A program made the position numbers and the translations under genes. This document shows positions 12,475 to 22,832 of a stretch of DNA of 64,000 nucleotides, piece by piece. Origin of the DNA: Utricularia gibba (Eukaryota > Plantae > Magnoliophyta); assembly GCA_002189035.1 (NCBI GenBank), contig NEEC01000011.1, positions 3,224,001 to 3,288,000 of the forward strand. The letters run 5' to 3'. The number at the start of each line of letters is the position of its first letter. The stretch's first letter is position 1. A model generated the notes under the pieces. The model had not been told where the DNA came from. It did not search any database and saw nothing but the letters and a program-made list of their open reading frames with translations.

Positions 12475-15176
12475 TCAGCAGACATCGACCAACTCAACAT
12501 CAAACACCAGCCAAGAGTTTGGAGGTATCGCTGGGCCACAACCTTTTGCCCCATACCTGCAGAAGCCATTTATTCATGGAACATCAAATCTCTGGTTTAA
12601 CCAACTTCGAAGACAATTCGAAAAAGGAAACCAGCAAACAAAGAGACAGCACAAGCGGCTTCATACCCCATAGCTGGAGGAATTGTGAGTCTGCGCTTGT
12701 CACCAGTTCGCATTCCTGTTCAAGTGAAGTGGGAATGAAGGTCAACTGTGAAGCACTAAAAAAGGCCAGAACAATTTGCATTTAAGAGAAAAGTGCGGAG
12801 AGAGTTACCATTAACACCTACATCCCAGCCCTTGATAACTTGCCCAATACCTTCACCAGTGAAAACATTTTATGAGTGGGAGGAATATATAGCTGAAATT
12901 GACCCACGAATTATGTAAACTTTGCTTGCCTAATCGGAATTTGAAGGGTGCTTTTCCAATGTTGGAATCAAAAATTTTTCCAGTCTTCTTCAGCTTCCCA
13001 ATGTAATGGACGCTCACCTATAAAGCAGAACATGGAACAGGCATGATTTACTAAATACGTTTAGAGAAGATGGAGAAACATCAACTCCAGAGATGTTTCA
13101 CGGCAATATGGAGAGTCTTACCTTTTTCCCAGGGGAAGCTCTTTTTCCATCTGGTTTTCCCATTTTCAACTCTTCCACTACCAAACCATTTGGAAATGAT
13201 CTCACTTGGAATGGTTCGGATTCTTTGGATCCTGTCTCGTCAGTTAACTTTTCATCCGACTTGGGTGTCATGGAGGCTTCTTGCTGGTCATTCTTATTCT
13301 TCTTTTTTTTGTTCTTCTTCCTGAAAAAGTTACAATAATAAGTCAGTCGACCCCGGTCACGAGCTATCTAGCAATTGCCATGGCTACAACCTTAAAAAGA
13401 GGCGAGAGTGATAAAAAAGGGTTCATGCTAAAATTCAGCAAGATATATCGAATGCAGACAATGCAAAACTTACTTCTCCAGTGATGTTTTTGTCTGGCTT
13501 ACGGATGCATCCACAGGGGACTCTTCTTTTCTGCAAGAATTTAGCTTTTCATCTACAGGAACTTCTTCCTTATCCATCGACTTATTCTTCTTCTTTTTAT
13601 TTTTTTCAGAATTCACCGAAGGTTCACATGTAGTGCTTTCCCTGTTAGGTAGAAGAAAAGAGTTTGATGTTTCAATCAACTGAAATCATGCTACATGGGC
13701 AATATCAACATGTATCTGGGGAGTTTAAAAGCAGAAGATCCAACAATAGCTCTAAAATGAGTGGAATTTAACTATTAAATTGGAAAATTACCAACCTTGC
13801 ACGTTTCCTATCTTGAACAGCATCACTGGTCCTTCTTTTCAAGCTTGCTTCACAAGGTACATCATCTTTTTTATCCTCCAGTTTATCACTAACTGCCTTC
13901 AGGCCAGGTTTTGAAGAGCTGATTTTATTTCCAACGGAGGACAAGGGGAATCCGTCTTCATCTTCACTTTCAGAGAGGGCAACTGCAGTTCCAGTGTTGA
14001 CAACAATTTGTTTGCTCTTCTCATTATTTCCAGTTGCTGTCGACTTGTCTGACCTCTTATTTGAATCGTCAGGCATTGCAGGTTCACTAGGTTTTTCATC
14101 ATCAACAATTTCTTCAATGGTGACTGCCATTCAAGTACATGGTTACAGACAACTCTTCGACCTTATCAAATCACAGAGCTCAATAAATTGCACAATATCA
14201 TTATTAAAACAAAGCCATCTTGGTCAAGATCTAGTGAGAAAAAAAAAAAACAGATGCTGCTTGGATCCGCTCGAGAAATGCATGCTGAAATATAGATTTA
14301 CCACCTACTTTCACATAGTAATACCTCCAGAATTGGGAGCCGAAGAAGGGTGCATGCCAATGTCATCACTGAACTCATAATCGTCTTCCGATCCAAACTC
14401 TAATGGATCATCATCGCTGTCAGATTCAGTCACCATAATGTCCTCTTCATATGCATCACTTCGACAAGACAAAAGGGTTAAAGAAATACAAATATGCAAA
14501 CTGGAAAAGTAATAAGAAATTCAAAATATACCACTAAATCACCAATAGATGCAGATTTTGTTGATACAAAACAAATAACAGGTTAGATGATATCATGATA
14601 GCGAAGGATACGAGCCATAATCATCTCCCTGGTAACCCTGATCCTCCTCATCACCATAAAAGAAGCCAGATAAATGCACACTACGAGGGCCAACGACTGA
14701 GAAGGTGACTTCATCTTCCTCTTCAAACTCAAGGTTCAAGGCGCACGTCTCGAGCTTTTCAGGCAACAATGAACACAAGTAAATAGGCTTCTTATTTCCA
14801 ACTTTACACTGCACGATGCTCCTCTCAGTCGAAAATCCAGGACCTAATGTTGCCTAAAGAGCAATACACGCGAAATTAGACGGACGCGTTAAAATGGCAT
14901 CGATCGCCTCCGTAACACTGAATACACTGATAAATATCAAGAAACTATTGAAGTTTCCCTCTCCAATACGTACCTGAGAAACATGAAGCCTCCCTCTGTC
15001 ATCATCCGGCCGATGAACATATGGTTTCTTGGACTTCAACTCAACTCCTGTTTTCAAGACAAGTCGTAAGGGGCAAAAGGAAGAACGCCCATTAACACAC
15101 GAATCACAAAATTGGTTGACTACAGTAGAGAAACACAGAACACGTAGGAAGACCGGTGTTTACCCCAGAAGGCCAT
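12475..15176 (-). CDS. FKBP53: Nucleoplasmin-domain FKBP-type peptidyl-prolyl isomerase / histone chaperone (FKBP53/43-like)
   Basis: MAFWG/VELK... nucleoplasmin-like N-terminus ([14 protein letters not shown]), acidic and Lys-rich linker, C-terminal FKBP domain VSVHYIGKL...IFDSN / [11 protein letters not shown] / [17 protein letters not shown] / YG...[14 protein letters not shown]-stop. Confidence 0.92.
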
Positions 15177-15222
15177 GGTTGCCGTTGCTTCAATCCGATG
15201 GCGACGACAGACTAAACTAGCT

Positions 15223-15231
15223 AAACCCTAA
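15223..15231. promoter_or_regulatory. Telo-box (AAACCCTAA) just upstream of the FKBP53 start codon
   Basis: Exact AAACCCTAA about 47 nt upstream of the ATG; the motif is typical of plant nucleolar/ribosome-biogenesis genes. Confidence 0.6.
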
Positions 15232-15569
15232 AACCCGCCTTTAACATACTTTCAAGAATTCATGCTTTAGCCCCTATAAAACTTACTTTCTCGAAACTGA
15301 CCCCCAGAGTATTGTTTATTAGTTTATTACACATTGGCCCTTCTTGTTCCAGAGCGTTCGTTTTCAGTTCTGAAACAGTTCGATTTCAGGGAAATTGAGT
15401 TCCTCTCCATTCTCATGAGGGTTCATTCTTGTTTTCTTCGCAGCGCTCTGCGGCGAGATGTTCATTTCTGTTCACGGAAAAGTATGAAGATTGAAGAAGC
15501 AACTACATCAGGAGTCTGCATTCTCGACAAAGATAACAGGAGAGGAACTTGCATTCTATCCCCCATTTT

Positions 15570-17973
15570 TCAATTGCAAAGTTGAGATAAAATGATCTCC
15601 ATGGACGGCCTTGCATCAGGAGACTCGTTGGTGCACGACACAGCAAGTTTTGAAAGCCGCGCAGCCTCAATCTCACACACCCGACCTCGGAGATTCGCAT
15701 CCATGAAATCTAGGTTACCGGACTCGGCTGCTCCACGAGTGGATGCTGCAATGTTCAACTTTCCAGAGAGGATCTGAAAAACCAGCACCCCGAATGCGTA
15801 AATGTCGCTTTTTGGGGTAAATCGGCCGGTGGTGGTGTATTCAGGGGCGAGATATCCCATGGCGGCACTGGCTTTCAGGGCGGAGAAGACGGTGTCGTTG
15901 GTCAGAATCTTGTAGAGACATGAGTCGGAAAGCAGTGGCTTTGAGTTGTGGGCGATGAACACATTCTTGGCTGAGATGTTTTGGTGAACCAGAGTAGGCT
16001 TGTTCACCTTCGAGCTGTGCAGGTACTCAATCCCTAATCGAAGCCAAAGGAGAACGTCAAGAAATGTACAAAAAAAGCATGAAAATGGATTCCACCCTGG
16101 TTTTGCTTACCTTTGGCGACGCCTTCGACAATGGAAAGTCTGGTTTTCCAGTCAAGAATTTGGGTGTCTCCGTCTTCGAGATCAAGATACTGAAACAGAT
16201 TCCCATTCGGAATCAAATCGTAGACAAGGAAACACAGTCCACGCCCTTTGGAGCAACAAAAGCCTCGCAACTTGACCAGATTCTCATGCCTCAGAGAAGT
16301 GATCATATTGAGCCCCTTCAAGAACTCAGCTTCTTCAGACTTGAAGCAACTCTTCGTGATTTTCTTAACAGCCACAGCAGACCCATCTCTCCATGTTCCC
16401 TTGTATGTCACTGCGTAGCTGCTCTTTCCGAGGAAATTCTTCTCCGCGAAATACTGAGTCGCATTCTCCACCTCCTGGAGGTTAAGCCTGAAGTTCTTCA
16501 TAACTTCCTGCGAAAAACCAAAGCGCCGGTCCTCTGCTAGAGGATCCCATCCACTGGAGTACTCCAAACTGACCAGGGGGGAGCCGTTTTTGTCACCGGA
16601 GCCATTGCTATTACCCGTGCTGGGACGGCTGTTTCTTGCATCACAAGAACTTCCATGTTTCTGCATCCGCATCTTGTATACCGAGAGAAGTGCTGTTCCG
16701 GCGGCGAATACAACGAAGGCAAACACTACAAATCCCACGGCCACGGAAGCTTGTGAGGTTTTGGGTGTCTTCGAGCAAGAGTTGTGGGTGCAGTTCAAGT
16801 TCAAGTCAGCTGTTTCAGGGATGTTCTTCGATGGAACTCCAGTCGACCCTTCTGAGTAATAGGGCTCCGGCATTTGCGAATTCCGGCCAATGGAATCACT
16901 GCAGCTTCTCAGCAATGGAAATCCAAACCCACATAAACCAGGGTTGTTTTCGTACCGAAATCCATCAGCCAGCCTCTTCAATGCTTCAAGCATCACACCA
17001 GAAAAATGTCACTCTCTACTGAAAATAAGCAACTAGGCAAAAATGTATTCACATTAAATCCAAACTTCCGGTTTTACCAAGAGGGACGTTGCCGGAGAGA
17101 GAGTTGTTTCGGACATCGAGGACTTCCAGCATCTGCGCATCAGCTAGTTTAGAGGGAATCGATCCAAAGAAACGATTATCACTCACGTCTAGTCTCGTCA
17201 AAGATGCCATGTCTCCTAAGCTAGCAGGGATTGCCCCAGTCAACAGATTTGATTGCAGAGCAAGCACACTGAGCTTGTTCAGAGAGCCAAGCTGATTTGG
17301 TATACTTCCAGTGAAACGGTTATAGCAGAGCTGCAAAACTACATTGCAGGAAAAAAAAAAGGAAACAAACAACATCAGTTTTCATCAGGCTTCGAAGGAG
17401 GCAGAGAGGTTAGATTGAAGCATTTGCCCTGAAGTTTTCACACCCAAATGAATGTACTCCAGTAGCAAAGATTGGAGCTTTACGAGGAAGCTACGCTGTT
17501 AATGAGAAAGACTGTTTTTTTATTGCTAAAACTACGATCTAGTTACCTTGCAAACTCTGCATGCTTCCAAGTGCAGCCGGAATTTCCCCAGAAATATTAT
17601 TTACATTCAAGTACAAATCGGTGAGCTCAGCCAAGTTCGCAACTTCCACCGGTATATCTCCAGACAGGGAATTATAGTGCAGATACAAATTTGTCAAGTG
17701 CTTCAGCCCACCAACCGCCGGCGACAGTCTTCCGGTGAGCCCTCTTCCTTGCAGTGAAATGTTGACCACCTGCCCATTCTCATTGCAAGCCACACCTTCA
17801 AAGGCGCCTCCACATGGGTCGCCTGATGCAACCCAGGAACCCAAATGCAGATTCTCAGGGTCAAGACTCGCTTTCAAGTCGAGCAACGAAGTCAACTCAG
17901 AAATGCGGTCAGCTGAGGAGATCCCAACAAGGAGAAGACCAAGAGCGAGAAACAGAAACGGAGAGGAACCCAT
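15570..17973 (-). CDS. LRR receptor-like kinase, LRR-IV type (often annotated NSP-interacting kinase 2-like); degenerate catalytic motifs
   Basis: Four exons: signal peptide MGSSPFLFLALGLLL, LRRNT (DPCGGAFEGVAC), short LRR stack, TM helix, kinase domain with HQNISAKNV and LSDSCL in place of HRD and DFG. Confidence 0.9.
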
Positions 17974-18386
17974 GTCCAGAAATGCAATCTCAACAGCTGG
18001 GAGAAACCCCTGCCTTCTTCTACAGCTGTAAAGCTTTCCTTCTCCTTGCAAGAGATTTTTGCAAAAATGAGTTGGAATCTCGTCACAGAAAAGAAAAGCG
18101 ACCACTGCAAAGTTCCCTTTTCAACAGTCAACACCAAGGCAGCAAAAGCGTATGAAGAAGAAGCTCAGCACTCGCCTCGCTCTCCAGATATGCCATGTAC
18201 ATACATACAGCTACGTGAAGTCTCCCATAAAGCAAGGGAATCGTGCCAAGCGCAGGCAGGCCAGGCCATAAGCTACACAGTTGAAAGAGAGAGAGAATTT
18301 TGTCGTATCGAGATTCACAACGCGTCGGAGTCAGAACATAGAATCTCCGACCGTAGATCGTTTCCAAAGTGGAGCGAGAACCGTTC

Positions 18387-18600
18387 GTAATGTGGAAGGG
18401 GGAGACGGCAGGAACATGCGATTTATCGAATGGCAGAACCAGGGCCAATCTCGTAATTTCACGTTATCATCACACGGACATGTGGGCCGGTGTGGAAGCG
18501 AGAGGCACTAACATGCGATATATCGAATGACAGGACAGGGGGCGAATCTCGTAATTTCACATTATCATCACAAGCACATGTGATCCGGGCGTAATGGGGA
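18387..18600. repeat. Imperfect tandem duplication, period about 97 bp, about 2 copies
   Basis: AACATGCGAT(T/A)TATCGAATG...AATCTCGTAATTTCAC(G/A)TTATCATCAC...ACATGTG starts at 18413 and again at 18510. Confidence 0.85.
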
Positions 18601-20161
18601 TTTTTATACTATGTTTTTTCCCTTCATTGAGTTGTCACAGAACCAACACCCCATCATCCAACTTGTTTTAAAATGCTACTGGATCCAAAAATAACTTAGA
18701 GTTAAATCTATGGTATTATTTTTTACATTCTTAACATGAGTTTTAATACGTCGAGTTTTTAATTCTTTGTAGACACTTCAAATTCGTACTGTATTATATA
18801 TTCAATACATCATACATTGATAGAATATATGCAACATAATACCATTTTAATGAAAATAATTAAAATATTATATGATATTGTAATTAAATCAAATAATATT
18901 ATATCAAAAAATTAAAATAAATTATCAAATATATAAGAAATTATGAATCAATAATAATCTAACATGTTTAATTCTTTTGTATATAATTCATATTTATTGT
19001 ATACTTAAGTTTACTACATACTTAATAGATCCATTGAGTTCTTGGTCTCAATATGGTATCAAATTATTTACCTTACTCATAGTTTGGATAGCAAATATGA
19101 ATTTCATGATTTAGTTTGAGTTTGGGTTAAAATAAGTAAGAAGTTACATTGGATTTACACAATAAAAATTAAATCAACCTTATCAAATGAATAAGAGTTT
19201 ATAAATCATTAATTATCAGTTGAGATCAATATTTTTAAATATGATTTATATTTATTGTATAATTTAAATTCACATTTGTTTGTCCAATTTTTAATTTCAT
19301 TAAGTATTCTAAACGTTGTATGAAATATCATTTAAAGGATATTAAGATATGTTTATTCTTGTTTCATTAAAAACACTTCAAAAAAAGTGATTTAAAAGTT
19401 GAAATGTTTAGAAATGTTACAATATTTCTGCTTCAAAAAAATCAAAATTAGTTTCCGTTTTGAATAAAAATAACTTTAAAAACACTTAATTTACTATCCT
19501 ACGTACATTATATATGAGATGAGTTTAACTAAAAGCATCATTTTAATTTTGTACGAGTGATTTTCCGCTATCTCGAAAATGATGTAGTTGTCACCTGATG
19601 TCTGATTCCCCCATCCACCAAACATGCACGGGCACGTACCGAGAAAGAAATAAGGAGCTGGGTGGGTGGCTGCCGGACTGAGTAGCGTATACGGATACTC
19701 ATTAGCATATAAAACGCTCGTGTGTGTGTTTTCTTGCAGAGCGGAGGAGAAGACGAGGGTGAGGGACGAAGGACGGAGCTGAAGCCTTCCTTCTGCGCAA
19801 ACTGCACAGGCGCAGAGCAGAGGAGTGGTGTCGATAAGGTGGATGGATGCACGATCATGAATGCGCAGTGGGTGACTTGTGGATCGCATCTCGGAAGGCG
19901 TGGGGGAGTAGATAAACGTCGTTCTCCGCCTCAGAGGAGATTGAATTGAATTGCCTGCGAGAAAGATGAAGCTTTAAATACTCAGTCGACCAGGTGGTCC
20001 GCTCCGCCTTCCTGCCCATTCATCATCACTCCCATCTACCCCGACATAATCATCCGCCGCATGCTCCCGGCCCCGGTGGACTGTTTCATTCTCCCCAACC
20101 GAAGAGAAGCTCGGCGCGGAATCGGTTCGCCGTCGTGTGGGGGATCCGATGGTAATTGGAC

Positions 20162-20200
20162 GGCCCAATGGGTTAAATCGGCCCAATATATCAAGGCCCA
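20162..20200. promoter_or_regulatory. Three site-II (GGCCCA) motifs upstream of the RPS20 pseudogene
   Basis: GGCCCA at 20162, 20180 and 20195. Confidence 0.6.
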
Positions 20201-20404
20201 GGCGGATGCCCCGAGGTGTAGTATAGTAGATACACGTACGTCTCGATTAGGCAGCCGTCAACCCCTGCCTGCGGTTGGCTGATTCGACTGGATGCGCCGG
20301 CGCTGTCCGTGTCTTCGATTCGGTACGATTTCCGGCTAAGCATTTTTCAGATGGAATTTGCATGAGAAGTTGATCTCCTGCATAGAGGTGATATTAATCC
20401 GGCT

Positions 20405-20986
20405 AAGCCCGGGAAGTCTGGCCTTGAGGAACCTCGGGAGCACTTTGTCGTCACAGAACGTCTTATGCATCTCGATTGAATAGTATTAGGGCTAGGTTAT
20501 CACGAGGCAGATTTCGTTTGTGTATGGCTAGTCGTTTCTTCACTCTTCGACTTCGTTGCAATTTCATCGGAGTTGGATTGTGCTATCCTTGACAGTTGGT
20601 TCATGTTGCTTCCTTTCTCGACGGCCCAGTCCGCGAGTCTTTTGACAAGAAATTTCCCTGTGATGAAGGTAACTTTACAACGGGATTCCATTCCAGGATT
20701 CCACATTTGCTTTTTGCATGAGCTGGTTTAGTTCGATCAAACCACTTTCTTTTCTTCTGGTGTCATATTATTCAGCAATCGCACTGCAATCTGCAAGATG
20801 ATATACTCGATCCTTGCTTTTTCCACAGGTACTATCCTGGAACAGATTCGAACTCGGGGTACACAAGCATCTGGTCAACCTTTCAGCTCCCCGGATGTGG
20901 TCAAGCAGATCACCTTAATCAAAATAGAACCTGGTGTCGAGGTTGAGGTCACCATTGAACAATCTCGAGGATATGGAATTGGATGA
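20405..20986 (+). pseudogene. RPS20: Decayed 40S ribosomal protein S20 (uS10) pseudogene retaining an intron
   Basis: Collinear remnants: KPGKSGLEEPRE (20405-20440), TLSSQNV (20442-20462), GPVR (20623-20634), TRNF.CDEG with GT donor at 20669, AG acceptor at 20827-20828, then [41 protein letters not shown]. Several deletions and frameshifts. Confidence 0.88.
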
Positions 20987-21477
20987 CTCCAATGTGTTGC
21001 CCGATGGCATGCCACGAGATACGGCAATTCAAATAAACAAATGGAGTTGATTCAAATGAACAAATGGAGTTGATGCATTAGGTTGATCTACCTACTCATG
21101 ATTGGCCTATCGGAATTCGGCCGGCAGCAATTCAGAGAATGGTAAATGGCGGCATGCAGGGTCATAAACAAGAGTAGGTCTCTCATTGAATAAGGGAGCA
21201 TTAACTTTTTTTTGAACGCGGATGAATGTTCAGATGGGAATCTCATTAAAACCGTCCCACGCTTTTGGCTTGGGGCTTCCGTAGGCCCTGGGACGTCCCC
21301 GCCAACAAGGGGAGCTCCGACGAAATGCGCAGTGGCTACTCAGCGATCGGACGGTTCAGGTTTCGCCGATCACAGGGCCCACCGTCCTCCGCCTAGGCCA
21401 GTAGGCAGCATTTTATGGCGAGCAGAGTCATCTCGCCAAGCGCCATTATTCTTTGAAGGATTTCAGTTTATTTCTCG

Positions 21478-22488
21478 ATGGTTATGGGGACGCCGGCGGT
21501 GGTCATTCGGGTTCTGCTCCTGTTCCTGTTATTTGTATTCCGTGCTGTGCCGATGGTATGCTGGAGGCCGTGGAACTCCTCGGAGTCTCTCTACGGTGGG
21601 TCTAAAAAATACGAAGGGTCGTCGGACCTGGTGAAACTCAAGTACCACATGGGGCCGATTCTCGCGGCGAACATCACCGTTTATCCAATCTGGTACGGGG
21701 AATGGACGCCCTCACGCAAGCGCATTATCCGCGACTTCATCGCCTCCATCGCCGCCGTCGATACACGGAAGCCTTCCGTTGCCGGTTGGTGGAAGACGGT
21801 GCGACTCTACACCGACCAAACAGGGGCGAATGTCTCCGGCACGGTGGTCCTGGGTGAGGAGAAAAACGACCGATTCTACTCGATTGGGAAGTCGCTCAAT
21901 CGCCTCTCCGTACAATCGATTATCAAATCCGCCGTGTCCGCGAAAACGCGGCCGCTGCCGGTTAACCCAAAAGGCGGCGTCTATCTCATCCTCACGGCGG
22001 AGGATGTTTACATGGACGATTTCTGTAACAACGTCTGCGGGTTTCATTACTTCACATTCCCCTCCATCGTCGGCTACGCTCTGCCCTTCGCCTGGGTGGG
22101 AAATTCGGGCAAGCTTTGCCCCGGCGTCTGCGCTTACCCGTTTTCAGTGCCCGATTACATGCCGAGAGTGACGGCCGTGAAGTCACCAAACGGCGACGTG
22201 GGTGTCGACGGAATGATCAGCGTCATCGGCCACGAGCTGGCGGAGCTATCGACCGACCCATTCATGAACGCCTGGTTCGCCGGCGACGACCCTGTATTTC
22301 CGGTGGAAATCGCGGATTTGTGTGAGGGTATTTACGGGACTGGAGGCGGCGGGTCGTACACGGGGGAGATGCTGAACGATGAGGATGGCGCCACCTATAA
22401 CATGAACGGAATCCGACGCCGGTTCCTTGTCCAGTGGATTTGGAACCGTGACCTTAGTTACTGCACGGGGCCCAATGCCGTCGATTAG
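21478..22488 (+). CDS. EXL3: EXORDIUM-like / PHI-1 family protein (EXL3-like), intronless
   Basis: 336-aa ORF: signal peptide, SKKYEGSSDLVKLKYHMGPIL, CGFHYFTFP, DGMISVIGHELAE, EIADLCEGIYG. Confidence 0.93.
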   Translation: MVMGTPAVVIRVLLLFLLFVFRAVPMVCWRPWNSSESLYGGSKKYEGSSDLVKLKYHMGPILAANITVYPIWYGEWTPSRKRIIRDFIASIAAVDTRKPSVAGWWKTVRLYTDQTGANVSGTVVLGEEKNDRFYSIGKSLNRLSVQSIIKSAVSAKTRPLPVNPKGGVYLILTAEDVYMDDFCNNVCGFHYFTFPSIVGYALPFAWVGNSGKLCPGVCAYPFSVPDYMPRVTAVKSPNGDVGVDGMISVIGHELAELSTDPFMNAWFAGDDPVFPVEIADLCEGIYGTGGGGSYTGEMLNDEDGATYNMNGIRRRFLVQWIWNRDLSYCTGPNAVD

Positions 22489-22832
22489 CCACCAGGATGC
22501 ACCTTGTTATAATATATCCGATAAATGGGGGACACAAACAAATTCCGAACAGTGTCTTTTGTTACCAACAGTGCTGATTTATCGTACCCAATGATGAATG
22601 AATTAGGGGTTGCTCACACGGATGGTGAAAATGAGCAGAACAAAAGCTGGGGAGACAAATGATTTGTTCTTTCTGGTTTACTGTTGCTTGTCTTGCTTGT
22701 AAGCACATTATTGATGCTTGTGAGTCAGCTCTACGTGTTTTTTTTTTATCTCCTGTTGTCTTGTATGAACAGAGGCTGCAAGTGGGAACGAAGGCATGGG
22801 GAAATATTATCTCTTCTTCCCATCTCCGTTTT

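Noticed and set aside
18650-19500. Long AT-rich intergenic tracts (also 29830-30350 and 49650-50500) as MITE or Helitron remnants
   Set aside because: No terminal inverted repeats, target duplications or Helitron 3' hairpin-CTRR visible.
19858-19949. 30-aa ORF ending DKRRSPPQRRLN as a CLE-like peptide
   Set aside because: No signal peptide and the GP-x-P-x-H core is absent.
21030-21075. Two tandem copies of a ~23-nt unit containing AACAAATGGAGTTGAT
   Set aside because: Only two copies and no spacers: an ordinary slippage duplication, not a CRISPR-like array.
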